DNA of 63,160 nt, filler included, from Lenisia limosa (lineage: Eukaryota; Protista; Breviatea): assembly GCA_001655205.1 (NCBI GenBank). It is 5 parts of 5 records of this genome, joined end to end, with 100 filler letters (N's around TTAATTAATTAA, not from the genome) between each part and the next. Parts side by side here need not be neighbours in the genome. Positions count along the whole stretch, not along the records: positions 1 to 21,116 come from LPNZ01010691.1; positions 21,217 to 39,782 come from LPNZ01010742.1; 3 more parts are not named here. The stretch is one strand, 5' to 3'. A program made the position numbers and the translations under genes. Within the stretch, counting starts at the first letter, position 1; each line of letters starts with the position of its first letter. The notes under the pieces were generated by a model. It saw only the letters and a program-made list of their open reading frames with translations. It made no database searches and was not told the origin of the DNA. Below are positions 14,125 through 27,300 of the stretch, piece by piece.

Positions 14125-17100
14125 ATGACTGATATTGATGATGATCAAGACTTCAGACAAGTTGAAATCGGGGAAGGCCTGCAGGTATAATGTCTACCAT
14201 GTTGAATTTGGACTAATCTTTTTTTTAGTTTGTCGATAATGGAATCCATACCACGAGATATGGAATTTTGAGCTTTATTCCTAAGAATCTTGGGGAGCAA
14301 TTCCGGTAAGTGATGCAGGAGTACCCCAGAATAACGATCTAACACTTTAGCCGAGTTGCAAATGTGTTCTTTCTCTTCGTTGCTCTCTTGCAGCTCATTC
14401 CAGGGTTGTCTCCAATTGCTGCATGGGTGTGCTGGATATGCTTTTATTTTTTTCATTTTCATTATACATTTCCCCATCGGCACTCGTATTTCCAATATTT
14501 ACATTTAGGTTTCCATTTTCCCTCTGGTCTTTGTGCTGCTCTGCACTGCTGTGAAGGAAGCATATGAAGACATCATGAGGTAGGAAGGGGCCATTACTAT
14601 TCTTTTTATCATTATTCCTTCTTGACCTCCACAGACACTACAGTGACAAGGATATCAACAACCGCCTCACTCGCTCCCTCGTTGTCGATGATGGGTAGGC
14701 TTTCTGAAAAAAAATCATTTGTAACCATGTATTATGGGTTGGGATTATTTGGGATCTCGGAAACGTGCTAATTGTCTTATCAAGTGGTTTTTCTAAGTCT
14801 ATTCAGAGCCCCACGGTTTGACCAGAAGACTTGGTTGAATGTTCGTGTCGGAGATATCATCAAAGTAAGTTAGGTGTTCATGTTGAATAGATTACAACAG
14901 TTTTACCTCTATATACTTCCTTCTTGAAATATGTGATGGCGTCAGTCTTACACTGAAATTTTATCACTGAGAAATGGCACAATCTGTCTTTATTTTGAAG
15001 ATTTAACTCGGAAATTCCAGATTACATTTTTTGAAAATTATCTCATTACCACCCAGGTTGTTTCCAACGAACCCCTGCCAGCTGATATTGTTCTTCTTGC
15101 TTCATCCGAAGCCAAAAATACAGCCTATGTGGAAACGATGCAGCTTGATGGGTAAGAAAATACTGACATAGCCTTATGCACTTCCCCTGGTTATTATGTC
15201 TGGGGTGCCGCGGCAAGTCTCATCGAAATAGAGAGACCAATTTGAAGATCCGTACCGCAATCTTCGACCCGGAGGAGGCCCTGACTGCTGAGAAATGCAG
15301 CAAATTAGACTGTGAGACTTTTTCTTTAGTTACTGCCTTCACCTTTCGCATTATTTCATTCCATGCCCCGCGTGTCCTTCTCACTCCTTCAGTCTCAGTC
15401 CAGTCTGAACATCCCAACAACACGCTGTATCGCTACGAAGGCAACCTTGTCAAGGTAGTCCCTGTCAAAACAACATTGGCTTATTTGGCTGACTGCTTGC
15501 ATTTCACCAGTTCACTTGTGTAGTCCAACGGTGAACAAGTTCCCATCGACAACAACAACATTATTCTCAGAGTAAGTTCACACTTATTAGTACCATTATC
15601 CAAGAGCCTTGCTTTGGTTTAATTGATCAGGGATGTGTGATGAGAAACACTGCCGAAATCACAGGACTGGTTATCTTCTCTGGACACGACACTAAACTAA
15701 TGCAAAACGCATGCGACCCCCCAAGGTGGGGTGGTCTAGGCGATTCCTTTGTTTTTCTTCGGAAACTGTGATCTTATTCTAATTTAATTTCATATGCGTG
15801 ACAGATATAGAACATAGTATCATACGATATGATATGTATTATAAAACTTGATGTTTCCTCTGCTGATCAAGCCTTTATCATCTTCTATATCACTTGAACT
15901 TACTTTCCTAGCAAGCGCTCTCGCCTTGAAATCAAAATGAACCAAACGATCATCCAGATTTTCCTTCTTCTTTTGGTCATCTGCGCCGCCGGAGCTATTG
16001 GTGCTCTGTGGTGGGAGACCCAAACCGGACAAGATGTNNNNNNNNNNNNNNNNNNNNNNNNNNNNNNNNNNNNNNNNNNNNNNNNNNNNNNNNNNNNNNN
16101 NNNNNNNNNNNNNNNNNNNNNNNNNNNNNNNNNNNNNNNNNNNNNNNNNNNNNNNNNNNNNNNNNNNNNNNNNNNNNNNNNNNNNNNATCATCTTTGGCT
16201 ACCGCTACCTGACTTTCTTCATCCTCTTCAACGTTATCATTCCAATTTCGTAAGGGGAAATATTTTCAACTTGGCTTTGGCGTTTTCTGAGTTAATCTAC
16301 TGATAGTGGGGTTTCTAAGTAGTACCCCCACCCCTCACATTTTAGCCTCTACGTTTCATTAGAAATCACGAAGTTGGCCCAATCCATTTTCCTGAATATG
16401 GGTACGCAAGGGCTTCCTATGGTCTGAAAAAAAACGGATATTTTCTGCCTGGTGGTCTTTTGGAACTAGTCTTGAAATGAGACTCTATGGGGAGGGCGCG
16501 CACCAAGTAACCGTAACACCTTTTCATGTCGTCACGGTCTAGATATTGAAATGTACCATGAAGAGACTGACACCCCGGCACGCGCTAGAACCTCCAATCT
16601 TGGTGAAGAGCTGGGCCAAATTGAATACATCTTCTCTGACAAAACTGGTGGGAAAGGCTGTCAGTCTTGTCTCATTTACCACTGAGTGGCCACCCCCCAA
16701 TGTACCTCATAATATGCTTTTCTTCAACCGCTTTTTCCTTTTTGTCCTTAGTTTACGCCAATATTCTTCATCGAAATTTCTTTCGTTTTACTCCCCCCCC
16801 CCCCAGGAACCCTCACAGCCAACCAAATGGACTTTATGAAGTGCTCTATTGCNNNNNNNNNNNNNNNNNNNNNNNNNNNNNNNNNNNNNNNNNNNNNNNN
16901 NNNNNNNNNNNNNNNNNNNNNNNNNNNNNNNNNNNNNNNNNNNNNNNNNNNNNNNNNNNNNNNNNNNNNNNNNNNNNNNNNNNNNNNNNNNNNNNNNNNN
17001 NNNNNNNNNNNNNNNNNTCGATATTTTCCAGGTTCTTCGGGTCATTGCGAAGTTATACTGAGGCTTACCTTACAGGGACAAGAGCTTGGGGAGGTCAAGA

Positions 17101-20100
17101 AGTCGCATCTTTACGAAAAGGGCTTCAACTTCGCAGGTATGAGCGGAGGAAAGCAACTTTTTATTGGCATGTACATACACCCAAACTAACATGTAGATGA
17201 GTCCTTCTTTGAAGATCGTGACTCTGACGAATACGGCCCTGCCATTGCCACATTCCTCGAACTTCTTGCCGTCTGTCACACCGTATGGCGGGTTTCNNNN
17301 NNNNNNNNNNNNNNNNNNNNNNNNNNNNNNNNNNNNNNNNNNNNNNNNNNNNNNNNNNNNNNNNNNNNNNNNNNNNNNNNNNNNNNNNNNNNNNNNNNNN
17401 NNNNNNNNNNNNNNNNNNNNNNNNNNNNNNNNNNNNNNNNNNNNNNNNNNNNNNNNNNNNNNNNNNNNNNNNNNNNNNNNNNNNNNNCCAAGCAGCGTCA
17501 CCGGACGAAGGCGCCCTAGTCACCGGCGCTAAGTGCCTCGGTTACAAGTGCGATGGATCTTTTTTTGTCCAATGCCGGAGCTTAAAGTATCTATTTTCCA
17601 CCTTGTCGAGCTGAACTCCCTGACAGGAGCTCGGGAATACATTAATATGAGTTGTACAGAAGTATCATTTGTAGATAGACACTCATGTATTTAGGTTTAT
17701 TTCTCGTGGAGTTGATACCGTCACTGTGGAGGTAAGCGCGTTTATAATCTATTCTGTTTCGATACGAGTGTGGTGTTTAATGGGTACTCATGCAATCAAC
17801 ACTTTTGGATCTTTGAAGTGCTGTGCTCTTTGTTAGTGCGACTTTTTCCGTATTATATTAAACAGCCACGGATGATTTCGTAAGTTATGTTTGTAATATG
17901 AATTTGGGTTTACTGGCCTAAGCCATTTCGTTTTTCAGCGGAATCACTTGCAGGTTCATGGCAAGGAGCGCGAGTATGATATTCTCAACATCATCGAATT
18001 CAACTCGACCCGAAAGAGAATGTCTGTCATTGTCAGGACTCCTGAGAAAAAGGTGGGCATGGACTGACATGACTATTCCCTTGTGTTTGTACTATTCTAT
18101 TGATATCATAATTTAGATGCCTCTTTTTCATTTCTAATCGTCCCAGATCCGCCTCTTCTGTAAGGGTGCTGATTCCGTCATTTACGACAGGCTCACCAAG
18201 GACTCTCCCTACCAGGTAGGAGGCAAGATTGAGGGACTCTGTTGAAGAAACACACCTTCAATATGTGTTGGTAAATTTCTCTGACCGAATGCCATCTTTA
18301 TGGACAATTAATCACTGAAATGAGTCACGTGACACTGCAGACGCCCACACAGGCCCATCTCGAGACCTTCGCCATTGAGGGACTCCGAACCCTCTGCCTC
18401 GCCTACCGTGACATGACCGATGAACAGTGCGGAGGGTTCTGGTCACAATATACTTCTGTCTGTTTCTCTCATTTTGCCTCATTGACATTGTGATCCAAGT
18501 CAAAGATTCTCAATTCCTTTAGGTATGCAGAGTGGTCTCAACAATACAACGNNNNNNNNNNNNNNNNNNNNNNNNNNNNNNNNNNNNNNNNNNNNNNNNN
18601 NNNNNNNNNNNCCACCTCAATGAACGATCGCGAAGTTAGCCGCGGGGGGGGGGGAGGGGTATTCAAAGGATTCCAATTGAGATGAACGAAGAAAACAGGT
18701 TTTTCTCATATAATTCGGCAGGAAAAGTGCGAAGCCGTTGCGGAACTAATTGAGAAGGAGCTGACCCTTCTTGGTGCCACAGCCATTGAAGGTTGGAGGG
18801 ACATTCAGGATGGACTGCCAAGCACTCTGGTGTTTCCATTTGGAAGATTTGCTTATGATATAAAGAGACCAAGTCACAGTCTGATAATATATGTGTGCTT
18901 TCCCTTTAAAAAGACTCACACTGTTACACTCTGGTTATCCACCGTCCCCTTTACTTTATAGACAAGCTTCAAGACGGTGTACCTGACTCAATTGCCAAGC
19001 TTGCTGATGCCGGTATCAAAATCTGGTGAGCTTCAGCCAAAGACAGACGGTTATACCTAGGGATTCACTTCGGTTCGAAAAAAAGACGCAATTTTTCGAT
19101 CATTCCTCGAAAACTATCTTACGAACCGAAGTGAAGCCTTACTCATTTCCTTAAGGCTAAGGATTCACTTCGGTTCGGGAAAATACTGAATTTATTGAGA
19201 TAATCAATAAATTCAGCCAAGATATCACCCCTCCAGGGTTCTTACTGGTGACAAACAAGAAACAGCAATCAACATTGGATTTGCCTGCCAACTGCTCACC
19301 CTCGACCAGACCCTTGTCGTTGTATGGGGGACTTTCTTTTCACGGTTACTATGTTGAGTTTTGTATTTATGAGATGAGTAATACTCAGAAAAGGACTTGA
19401 AATAAAATAGTGTTTCTTTCTTCCTTTTGTAACCGCTCAGATCAACGCGGACACCCAAAGCCAGTGCCTGCAGCTGATCCAAGACGCGTGGGAGGGGGGT
19501 ACATGCTCAGAACCCAAGACTAACTTATGACTTATGAGTTAATAGTTAATCATTTGTATGTACATTTTTCAATCAATTATTCCTATGATGATTTTGGAAG
19601 CAATACAATGTTAAGTATTTTTATTCGAATGATCTTTTCTGGCACACGAATAACACCACAGTATCGACCAGTACTCAGGGGACAAGATCCAAAAGAAGGA
19701 GCTTTCCCTCATCATCGACGGACGCACGCTTGCCTTTGCTCTGTCCTCCCGTAGGTCCAAGCAATTCCGCTAACTCCGTCGTAGAAGTCAAGCCCTACCT
19801 CCTCCAACTTGGCATTCTGTGCAAGGCTGTTGTGTGTTGCCGTGTGTCACCTCTTCAGAAGGCCGAGGTGGGGATTGTAGTAGCACGAGATGCAATATTT
19901 CAGAGGCCGCCCGTGTGTATCTTAGTTTTTGTTCTCATATACACCAGGTCGTTTTGATGGTGAAAGAAGGCATCAACGCAGTGACCCTTGCCATCGGTGA
20001 CGGAGCCAATGACGTTTCCATGATCCAGGTCTGTCTGGCTTGGAGGGTTTGGATATGATAATAAGACGACAGTTTGGAGTTATCATTGTGTTACATTTTT

Positions 20101-21116
20101 TTAATAAATAATACTGTGATGTATAGATAGAAACCTCATGAGTCAGTGGTTTTTCTTGCAGTCGTTCAATATCAAGTTACAGATTTCCTCACTGTTTAGG
20201 CTGCCCAAATTGGTGTTGGTATCAGCGGTCAAGAAGGAGTCCAGGTAAGTTACCATATTGGACCAGATGATTATACCAATAGACGTACCTTGTCAAACTT
20301 GCTGATGTTCATTTTACCCATAGTTTTGTGTTGGGCTTCCATTCCAACACAGTCCCAACTATTCCCTTGTAACACATTAGGCCGTCCTCGCGTCAGACTA
20401 TGCGATTGCTCAGTTCCGTTTCCTCACTCGACTGCTCTTGGTACACGGAAGATGGAGCTACAAGCGTGTTGCTGTTCTCATGGTTGGTGGGGGGGGGGGG
20501 ACGATCTCATGAACCGCATAATAGTATGCGATTATGCTGTAATACAATATTGCTTTCAGATCCACGATAAGTAAACCCGACATTGTTCATTCTAATACTG
20601 CAACCTCTCACCTATTTAGAATTACTCTTTCTACAAAAACCTCTGTTTTGCTCTTTGTTTGGTAGGCGGAAGTGCATTGTCATTGTTTATTTTGTAATAT
20701 ACTAACTTAGCTATATGTTGCTCGTAGTACCTTTGATGAACACCAAACTCACAATATACTCATCCACCAGCTCTGGTACAACTACTATGCCGGATTCTCA
20801 GGTGAAACCATTGTCAACTCCGGGATCATTGCAACCTTCAATATGCTATTCACTGTAGGGGGCGGGGGTAAAGTACGCCAGGCTACTGTTGCATTTATCT
20901 GATCTCATAATCTGTATCAGGCAGATTTTTATACCTTTGTCTTCAATTATTATCAGTGATACAATCTTCCATGTTTTATGTTTTGAGTTTCCTCTGAAAG
21001 TCATGGTCCAGGGTGCGCCAGTCGTTGTGGCAGCAGTCTTAGACAAGGACGTTGAGGCTTTCCGCGCGTTCGACTTCCCCAAGCTCTACCTTGAGGGCCA
21101 GTTGTCCATGCATTTT
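14125..21116 (+). CDS. P4-type ATPase phospholipid flippase (DRS2/ATP8A-like), 3' truncated at the scaffold linker
   Basis: Exons: [19 protein letters not shown]|[39 protein letters not shown]|[60 protein letters not shown]|[11 protein letters not shown]|[50 protein letters not shown]. Confidence 0.95.
19058..19141. mobile_element. 84-bp MITE (TAGGG family) in a flippase intron, followed by a partial second copy
   Basis: Imperfect TIRs TAGGGATTCACTTCGGTTCG ... CGAACCGAAGTGAAGCCTTA, TA-flanked. Similar sequences at 22068, 22307, 26455, 26680, 38469 and 61805. Confidence 0.75.
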
Positions 21117-21160
21117 NNNNNNNNNNNNNNNNNNNNNNNNNNNNNNNNNNNNNNNNNNNN

Positions 21161-21172
21161 TTAATTAATTAA
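21161..21172. other. Artificial scaffold-joining linker (six-frame stop) inside an N run
   Basis: TTAATTAATTAA flanked by Ns. Genes on both sides are truncated here. Confidence 0.9.
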
Positions 21173-21379
21173 NNNNNNNNNNNNNNNNNNNNNNNNNNNN
21201 NNNNNNNNNNNNNNNNTCGCACAAAGCACTGTTGGTGAGAAACACTCGTGGGTTGAAAACAACATGATAAAAAAAGTCCAGGCCAGTCGCTTCTATTGTA
21301 GTGTTTTTATTGGGATGAGAAGCAGAAAAAGGCATTCTTGCATGCATATGTAGGAGAACAGTAGGAAAAGGTACTCTTG

Positions 21380-24300
21380 CATACATAGTTTGGAGAACAG
21401 TGTCGTCATCGGATATCTGGAGGTCCGCGATGTATCCCACGAAGTTGCCAACCTAAGGTGGTTAATCGGCAAATAAGAGAAGAAGTTGAAGAGATGAACA
21501 CTGACCGCGATAACTCATGCCACGGATAGTGCGCTTTATCCCCCACTATTGTTTTTTGCTTCAAGAANNNNNNNNNNAAAATGGCGTACAAAGCAACTCT
21601 GTTGGTGAGAAACACTCGTGGGTTGAAAACAACATGATAAAAAAAGTACAGGCACGCGCTTCTATTGTAGTGTTTTTATTGTTATGAGAAGTAGAAAAAG
21701 GCATGTAGGAGAACAGTAGAAAAAGGTACTCTTGTATACATAGTTTGGAGAACAGTGTCATCGTTGGATATCTGGAGGTCCGCGATGTATCCCACGAAGT
21801 TGCCAACCTAAGGCGGTAAATCGGCAAAAAAAAGAAGAAGTTGAAGAGATGAACACAGACCACGATAACTCATGCCACGGATAGTGCGCTTTATCCCCCA
21901 CTATTGTTTTTTGCTTCAAGAATTTCTTCCCTCTGCCCACTTGTTTCACAAATCCACCCAACCACCAATTATCTATTTGCTTCATGAAATAATTACCCCC
22001 CTTTAGTCCCTCATTTATGGCATAAAATTAAATCACCCCCCCCACAATTTTTTATCAAGGTCATAAATAGGGTTTCCCTGCGGTCGACAAGTCAAATTAT
22101 CGATATTTATCGAGGATTTATCGGGGAAATTCAGTCTTTTTTGGGAACGTAGGGAAGCCCTAATTATATCCCTCCCCCACAGGCATGCCCGCGCTAATTG
22201 AAGTGCTTGTGGCGTAACCAAAGGAAAGAGCGGTGTTGGCAGCCATTNNNNNNNNNNTTATGGCACAAAATTGAATCCCCCCCCCCCTCAATTTTTTTAT
22301 AAATAGGCCTTCCCTGAGGTAAAAAAAGACCGTCAAATTATCGATATTTATCGAGGATTAATCTCGGAAATTCAGTCTTTTTTGGGAACGTAAGGAATAC
22401 CTAATTATATCCCCCACACCCACAGGCATCCCCGCGCTAATTGAAGTGCTTGTGGCGTAACCAAAGGAAAGAGCGGTGTTGGCAGCCATTGGAGCGGACT
22501 GGCTGTTGACATAGTCCAACTGCTCGTCAGGGTCGAGGAAGCCCCAGGTCTCGCCACTTGCACACTCCACGCTGTCAACCTAAACGGTCAAATGCGGTTA
22601 AAAGCCGGGTGAAATATAAAAATTGGGTACAATTTCGGTACAATGCAATAACTTGAAGAGTACGAATTAAGTCTTTGCTCACAAAAAGACAGCAAAATTC
22701 AGCCCCCCTAACAATCATTCTGACACCCCCCCTCTCTCACCCTCGTGTGTTGTATTTTGGGCTTTTTTTTTATTTCACCTCAATGTGTGCACTCCATGAG
22801 TACCATTCAAAGCTGTTACCACCCGTTTAAATGTACAATGTGATAAGTATAAAATTAATATGCCTTAATATGTTGGGACAATTCGAGTATTGGATATTCG
22901 TTCAACCAGAATTTACAGAGTCAGGAGAACAACTATGTGGGATGACAGTACTTTAGAGTCTTGAAAGGAGTCAAAACACCCAGTAAAATGGTAGTAAGAA
23001 TGCTTCAATCAGTGATCGTATTTACGCATCATTCTAATCGACTTCCAACCACCTCTCTTCATTTTGTCGGACTCAGAGCCAGACATATCAGTCGTGCTTG
23101 TATGGCGGAAGGAATGGATCGTGAAATGGGCTGCTTCATCCTCATTAATACCAGCCTTGCAAAGATTATCCCTGATTATCCCATACACTGCTCTTGTTCT
23201 TACCATTTGGCCTGAAGGGCATATAAACAATGCATTATGAGCATTTCTAGGGTTGTTGACAGATTGAGAGAACAGGTCACTAAATGCCTTAACAGGACAT
23301 AGTTCCTGTTTGACTGTTGTAAACGCTGAAATAAAAGATGCAGTTGAGTCTTCGATAACCACAGTGTCCAGAGGTAGGCTTCTTTCCCTTTCATTTGACT
23401 CACCCATTCTGGCCGTGGCAAAGAAAGCAAAAAGATAAATAGCACGAATCAAAATATTTTCAGGGCATGTGGGAGGTCTTGTTTTATAAATCCATAGGAA
23501 GGTGTTTAGTTTGTCTTGGAACATGAGACTTGAATTCCCGTTGCAGATTCTTAAGCATTGCTGAGGGCCCAAACCGATATTAGCGGCTGTACCATAAGTT
23601 CCTCACACCCATCCGCTTGATCTTCTGACGCTGTTCGTTGAGCTGAGTAATATTGTCTGATGTGTTATTAAAGAGAATAAAAGAAAGTACTTTACTTCAC
23701 ATAGTTCAGTCAAAACAAATACATCAATCAATTAGTAACCATAGGTCTAATAATGCCATACGGTCTCAGGTACATCAACCCTTGTCAGCCCCGACAATGC
23801 AGAAAGGTCGTTGCGGCTAGCAGCATCCGCAAACTTGTTATCCCCGGTTGGAATATAAGTAAGATACATTGCATTTTTATCGTTCATTAGTCTCAGATTT
23901 ATCGATCGACAAATCTTGTTGACGACAACAGTGTTTGCAATGTTTGGTGCACCTCCATTCTCAAACCACGAGATTTCGGAGCGGTTGTCACATCCAGCGA
24001 GTATTGATGCCAGTGTCCCGAATGCGGGCCATCAACGGCAATCCACTCAAGCACGTTACTGTGTAGCTTTGCGAGCCTTGATAGGACGGGAACAGAGAAA
24101 TAGGTGCCGGAGCGTGAACAATAACCTCCAATCATTGTTGAGGAAGAATCGGTACACCAGATAGGTTCAGGTTCATCCTGGTTGGTGACTCTCTTGGGGG
24201 TTTCCAAAGTTATTACTCCTTTCCAATGAGGGTTCCCAAGTAGATCGACCAAGCTGAGAGGAAGACATTCGCCTCACCAGAGATAGAAACGGTCCCTCTG

Positions 24301-27300
24301 CGATTCTTCAATGTACTAATATCGTTGTGAATCGCTTTAGTGAGACGGCGTCCGACAGGTAATACTCTACCTGCCCAGGCTAACTTCCCTGCCAGAGACT
24401 GAAGTGACTTTACCGATTGTGATTGGCTCTTGGCAATTTCAACATCGTGAAGATATGCCGATCCTCTGTAAGAGCCTCCAAGTTGTTTTCTCACAACTTA
24501 TGAGTTTACCAGAGGGCGATGTTCTTTCGGAATAACCCCTTCTTTGATCCATCTGTTGTGAATAGCAAGAGTCGATCTTGCAAATACGTCAAAAATGACA
24601 GGGCAATTTTTGAAACCAAAGGGCATATATTCATAGCGGAAGATTTTCCCGTTAGGGCATTTGCAAAATAACCATTTCTTGCATGATTCACGGATGGGTA
24701 ATTGGTTAAATGCCTTTTCGCACCCCTTCGGGGAATTTGTCATACAAAGAAACCGTACCTGCTAGTTTCAGTTCCTTATGTATCCCGAAATAGTCTTGCA
24801 ATTCTGGTGTGCGTTTGGCCAATTAGATACTTTAGCGACAGGCGTAGCCGAACCTTTGATTCCCAAGTCAGCACCCTTTCGTTATCCATTATTGTTGGAC
24901 TGACTTTGAATTTTATCAACATCGGTGATAAGGCAAGCTCAATTGTTTATTCATTGTTTTTTAGTCCACTTTACAGAACGGATTCTCCAGCAAGCGAGAT
25001 ACGTCTTCTCGTTCAGCCGGAGGGGCAATGGGCTTTCGTTCTGGAGAGATTAATTCTTCCATAAAAGATGATTTATACCAGAAGGTAAGCCACAGGGCAG
25101 AGATAACTCTTTTTTCGCCTTGAGAACAGGAGCTGATTGGTTGGTTTCAAGCTCGGCTCTCTTATGAGAATGAACAGGATCCAAGAGGGAAAAACAACAA
25201 GAAAGGGAACTATACTTCTTCGGGATTCTGTTGTAGTTCATCATGACTTCAGGTTCCTCCTCATCGTCTTCATCGGAATCATCTTCTTCTTCTTCGGTTT
25301 CTTCGTCCTTGCGGGTCTTCTTCTTGGCGGTAGCGGCAAGCTGCTTCTGCTTCTGCTTCTTTGGCTTTAGTGATGGAGGAGGAGCAGGTACTGGGGACGG
25401 AGACCGTCCTCTCTTTGCTCTTGGATCTTGTAGCAACCATTGATTTAAGGTTTAAAGTTTTAAGCTTCATAAAGAGGCTCAGTAATCTAAATTTTCGGCT
25501 TAAATAGTACTCAATATGTGAATTTGTTATTACGATAAAATAAATTCAATATAAGTTTGTTATGGTTTATATTTTTAGTGCAGACCTGTATTGAAATAAA
25601 ACTGTTGTTGAACACACTTCTGCATCTAGAACTATTTTTTTTCCCTAAATTTTACTATTTTACCCCCCCCCCCACATTGACGATCATTCTGCCACCTTTC
25701 CGCCCCGGGTGGGAGATTTGGACAAGGTGCCAATGCAAGGAGTCAAGGAAGTCGCTACAATAGGCCGTGGCTATGACATTCTGGATCTATAGCATGATAA
25801 AAAGCAATTCAATATATAGGCTATGACACCCCAGACCGTGATGAAAAAGAAGCTATTCATTATAATTCACAACAAATTCTTGGTCTCTTTTAAACAAAAG
25901 TGAAGCCTCATCTGGTCTGACTCAGTAATTCTTTCCACCCGGTTCGTGATTAGTACCTTTACGCAAATATTCTTCATCGAATTTCCTTCGTTTCACCCCC
26001 CCCCCTCCCGGGTCCTTAAAGCAGGTTGAGGTTGGAGAATTGTCACGGATATCGGAATATAAACTTTCGGTTACACCACACCCCCACCACTTTTCAGGAG
26101 AACCCCACCAAAACCCCGGTCATCACGAAAATCGCAATTGTTGTTCTATCTCAATAATAATCTTTTAAATACACTCAATCAAAATCACGCAAGTTACGCT
26201 CGTTTACGTCTCTTTTTTCCCTTCAACCGAGCCAGGTTCTCCAACCATANNNNNNNNNNNNNNNNNNNNNNNNNNNNNNNNNNNNNNNNNNNNNNNNNNN
26301 NNNNNNNNNNNNNNNNNNNNNNNNNNNNNNNNNNNNNNNNNNNNNCGTAGTAAGCTCCCAACCCCGCGTCCCTCTATAACGTCAGTGTTAAAGCAGGTCT
26401 CAAAACCAGATTCATAATGTAATCTTAACCCCAAATACATGAATTTGATACCGTTTCGATAGTTTTTAAGAATTTATCGTGAAATTCAGTCATTTTTTTT
26501 TATTTTAAGTAAAACCCTAATGCTCTCCCCAATAACCTTGGGTGGCTGTACGCTGACCCCCCAAATCAGATNNNNNNNNNNAGACCCCGCGTCCCTCTAA
26601 AACGTCAGTGTTAAAGCAGGTCTCGAAACCAGATTCATAACGTAAAACCGAGCCCCAAATACATGAATTTGAACGTTTTTCAGAATTTTCGTGAAATTAT
26701 TTTTTTAAAATGTAAGTGAAACCCTAATGCTCTCCCCAATAACCTTGGGTGGCTGTACGCTGACCCCCCAAATCAGATGGGCGTAAAAGACCGTAAAAGC
26801 CTCGGGAAAGGACGTAGAAATGGTCGACTGTCCGTCCGGAGTGAGAACGTCCTCAATGTACACCCAGAAAGACATCGTTGTTGTGACTGAATGATGTAAG
26901 GGAAGGGTTGGGAAAACAAATTATAGCATAATAGACCCGTTTTAATTATCATACAGTGTATATCATATAGCTACTATAGGTATGCATAGCTATATGATTG
27001 TATATATTATGTGTATGTGGGTGGGATAAACCACGTGGTCCTTTCCCACTGTTTTCAAATGTGGCAACGAAACGCATCATATCTGAAGCAAATACCTGGG
27101 AAAAGGTGAGAGGAACGCAGTTTTTGGGGTGATGGGATGTGCTGATTGAATGTTTGGGAAGTCAACCGAATTCTTCTGAATACCCCCCCCCCCCNNNNNN
27201 NNNNNNNNNNNNNNNNNNNNNNNNNNNNNNNNNNNNNNNNNNNNNNNNNNNNNNNNNNNNNNNATAAAAAAAGATTCTTGTGAACACCACCATCCTAGGC

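Noticed and set aside
21100-21250. Tail-to-tail clustering of the flippase with the surface-protein gene, and other cross-linker neighbourhoods
   Set aside because: The adjacency is created by artificial scaffold linkers.
26655-26770. Apparent non-canonical intron bounded by an ATTTGGGG direct repeat
   Set aside because: The exon reads on in frame (WGVSVQPPKVIGESIR) to a normal GT donor at 26723, and a normal AG follows downstream.
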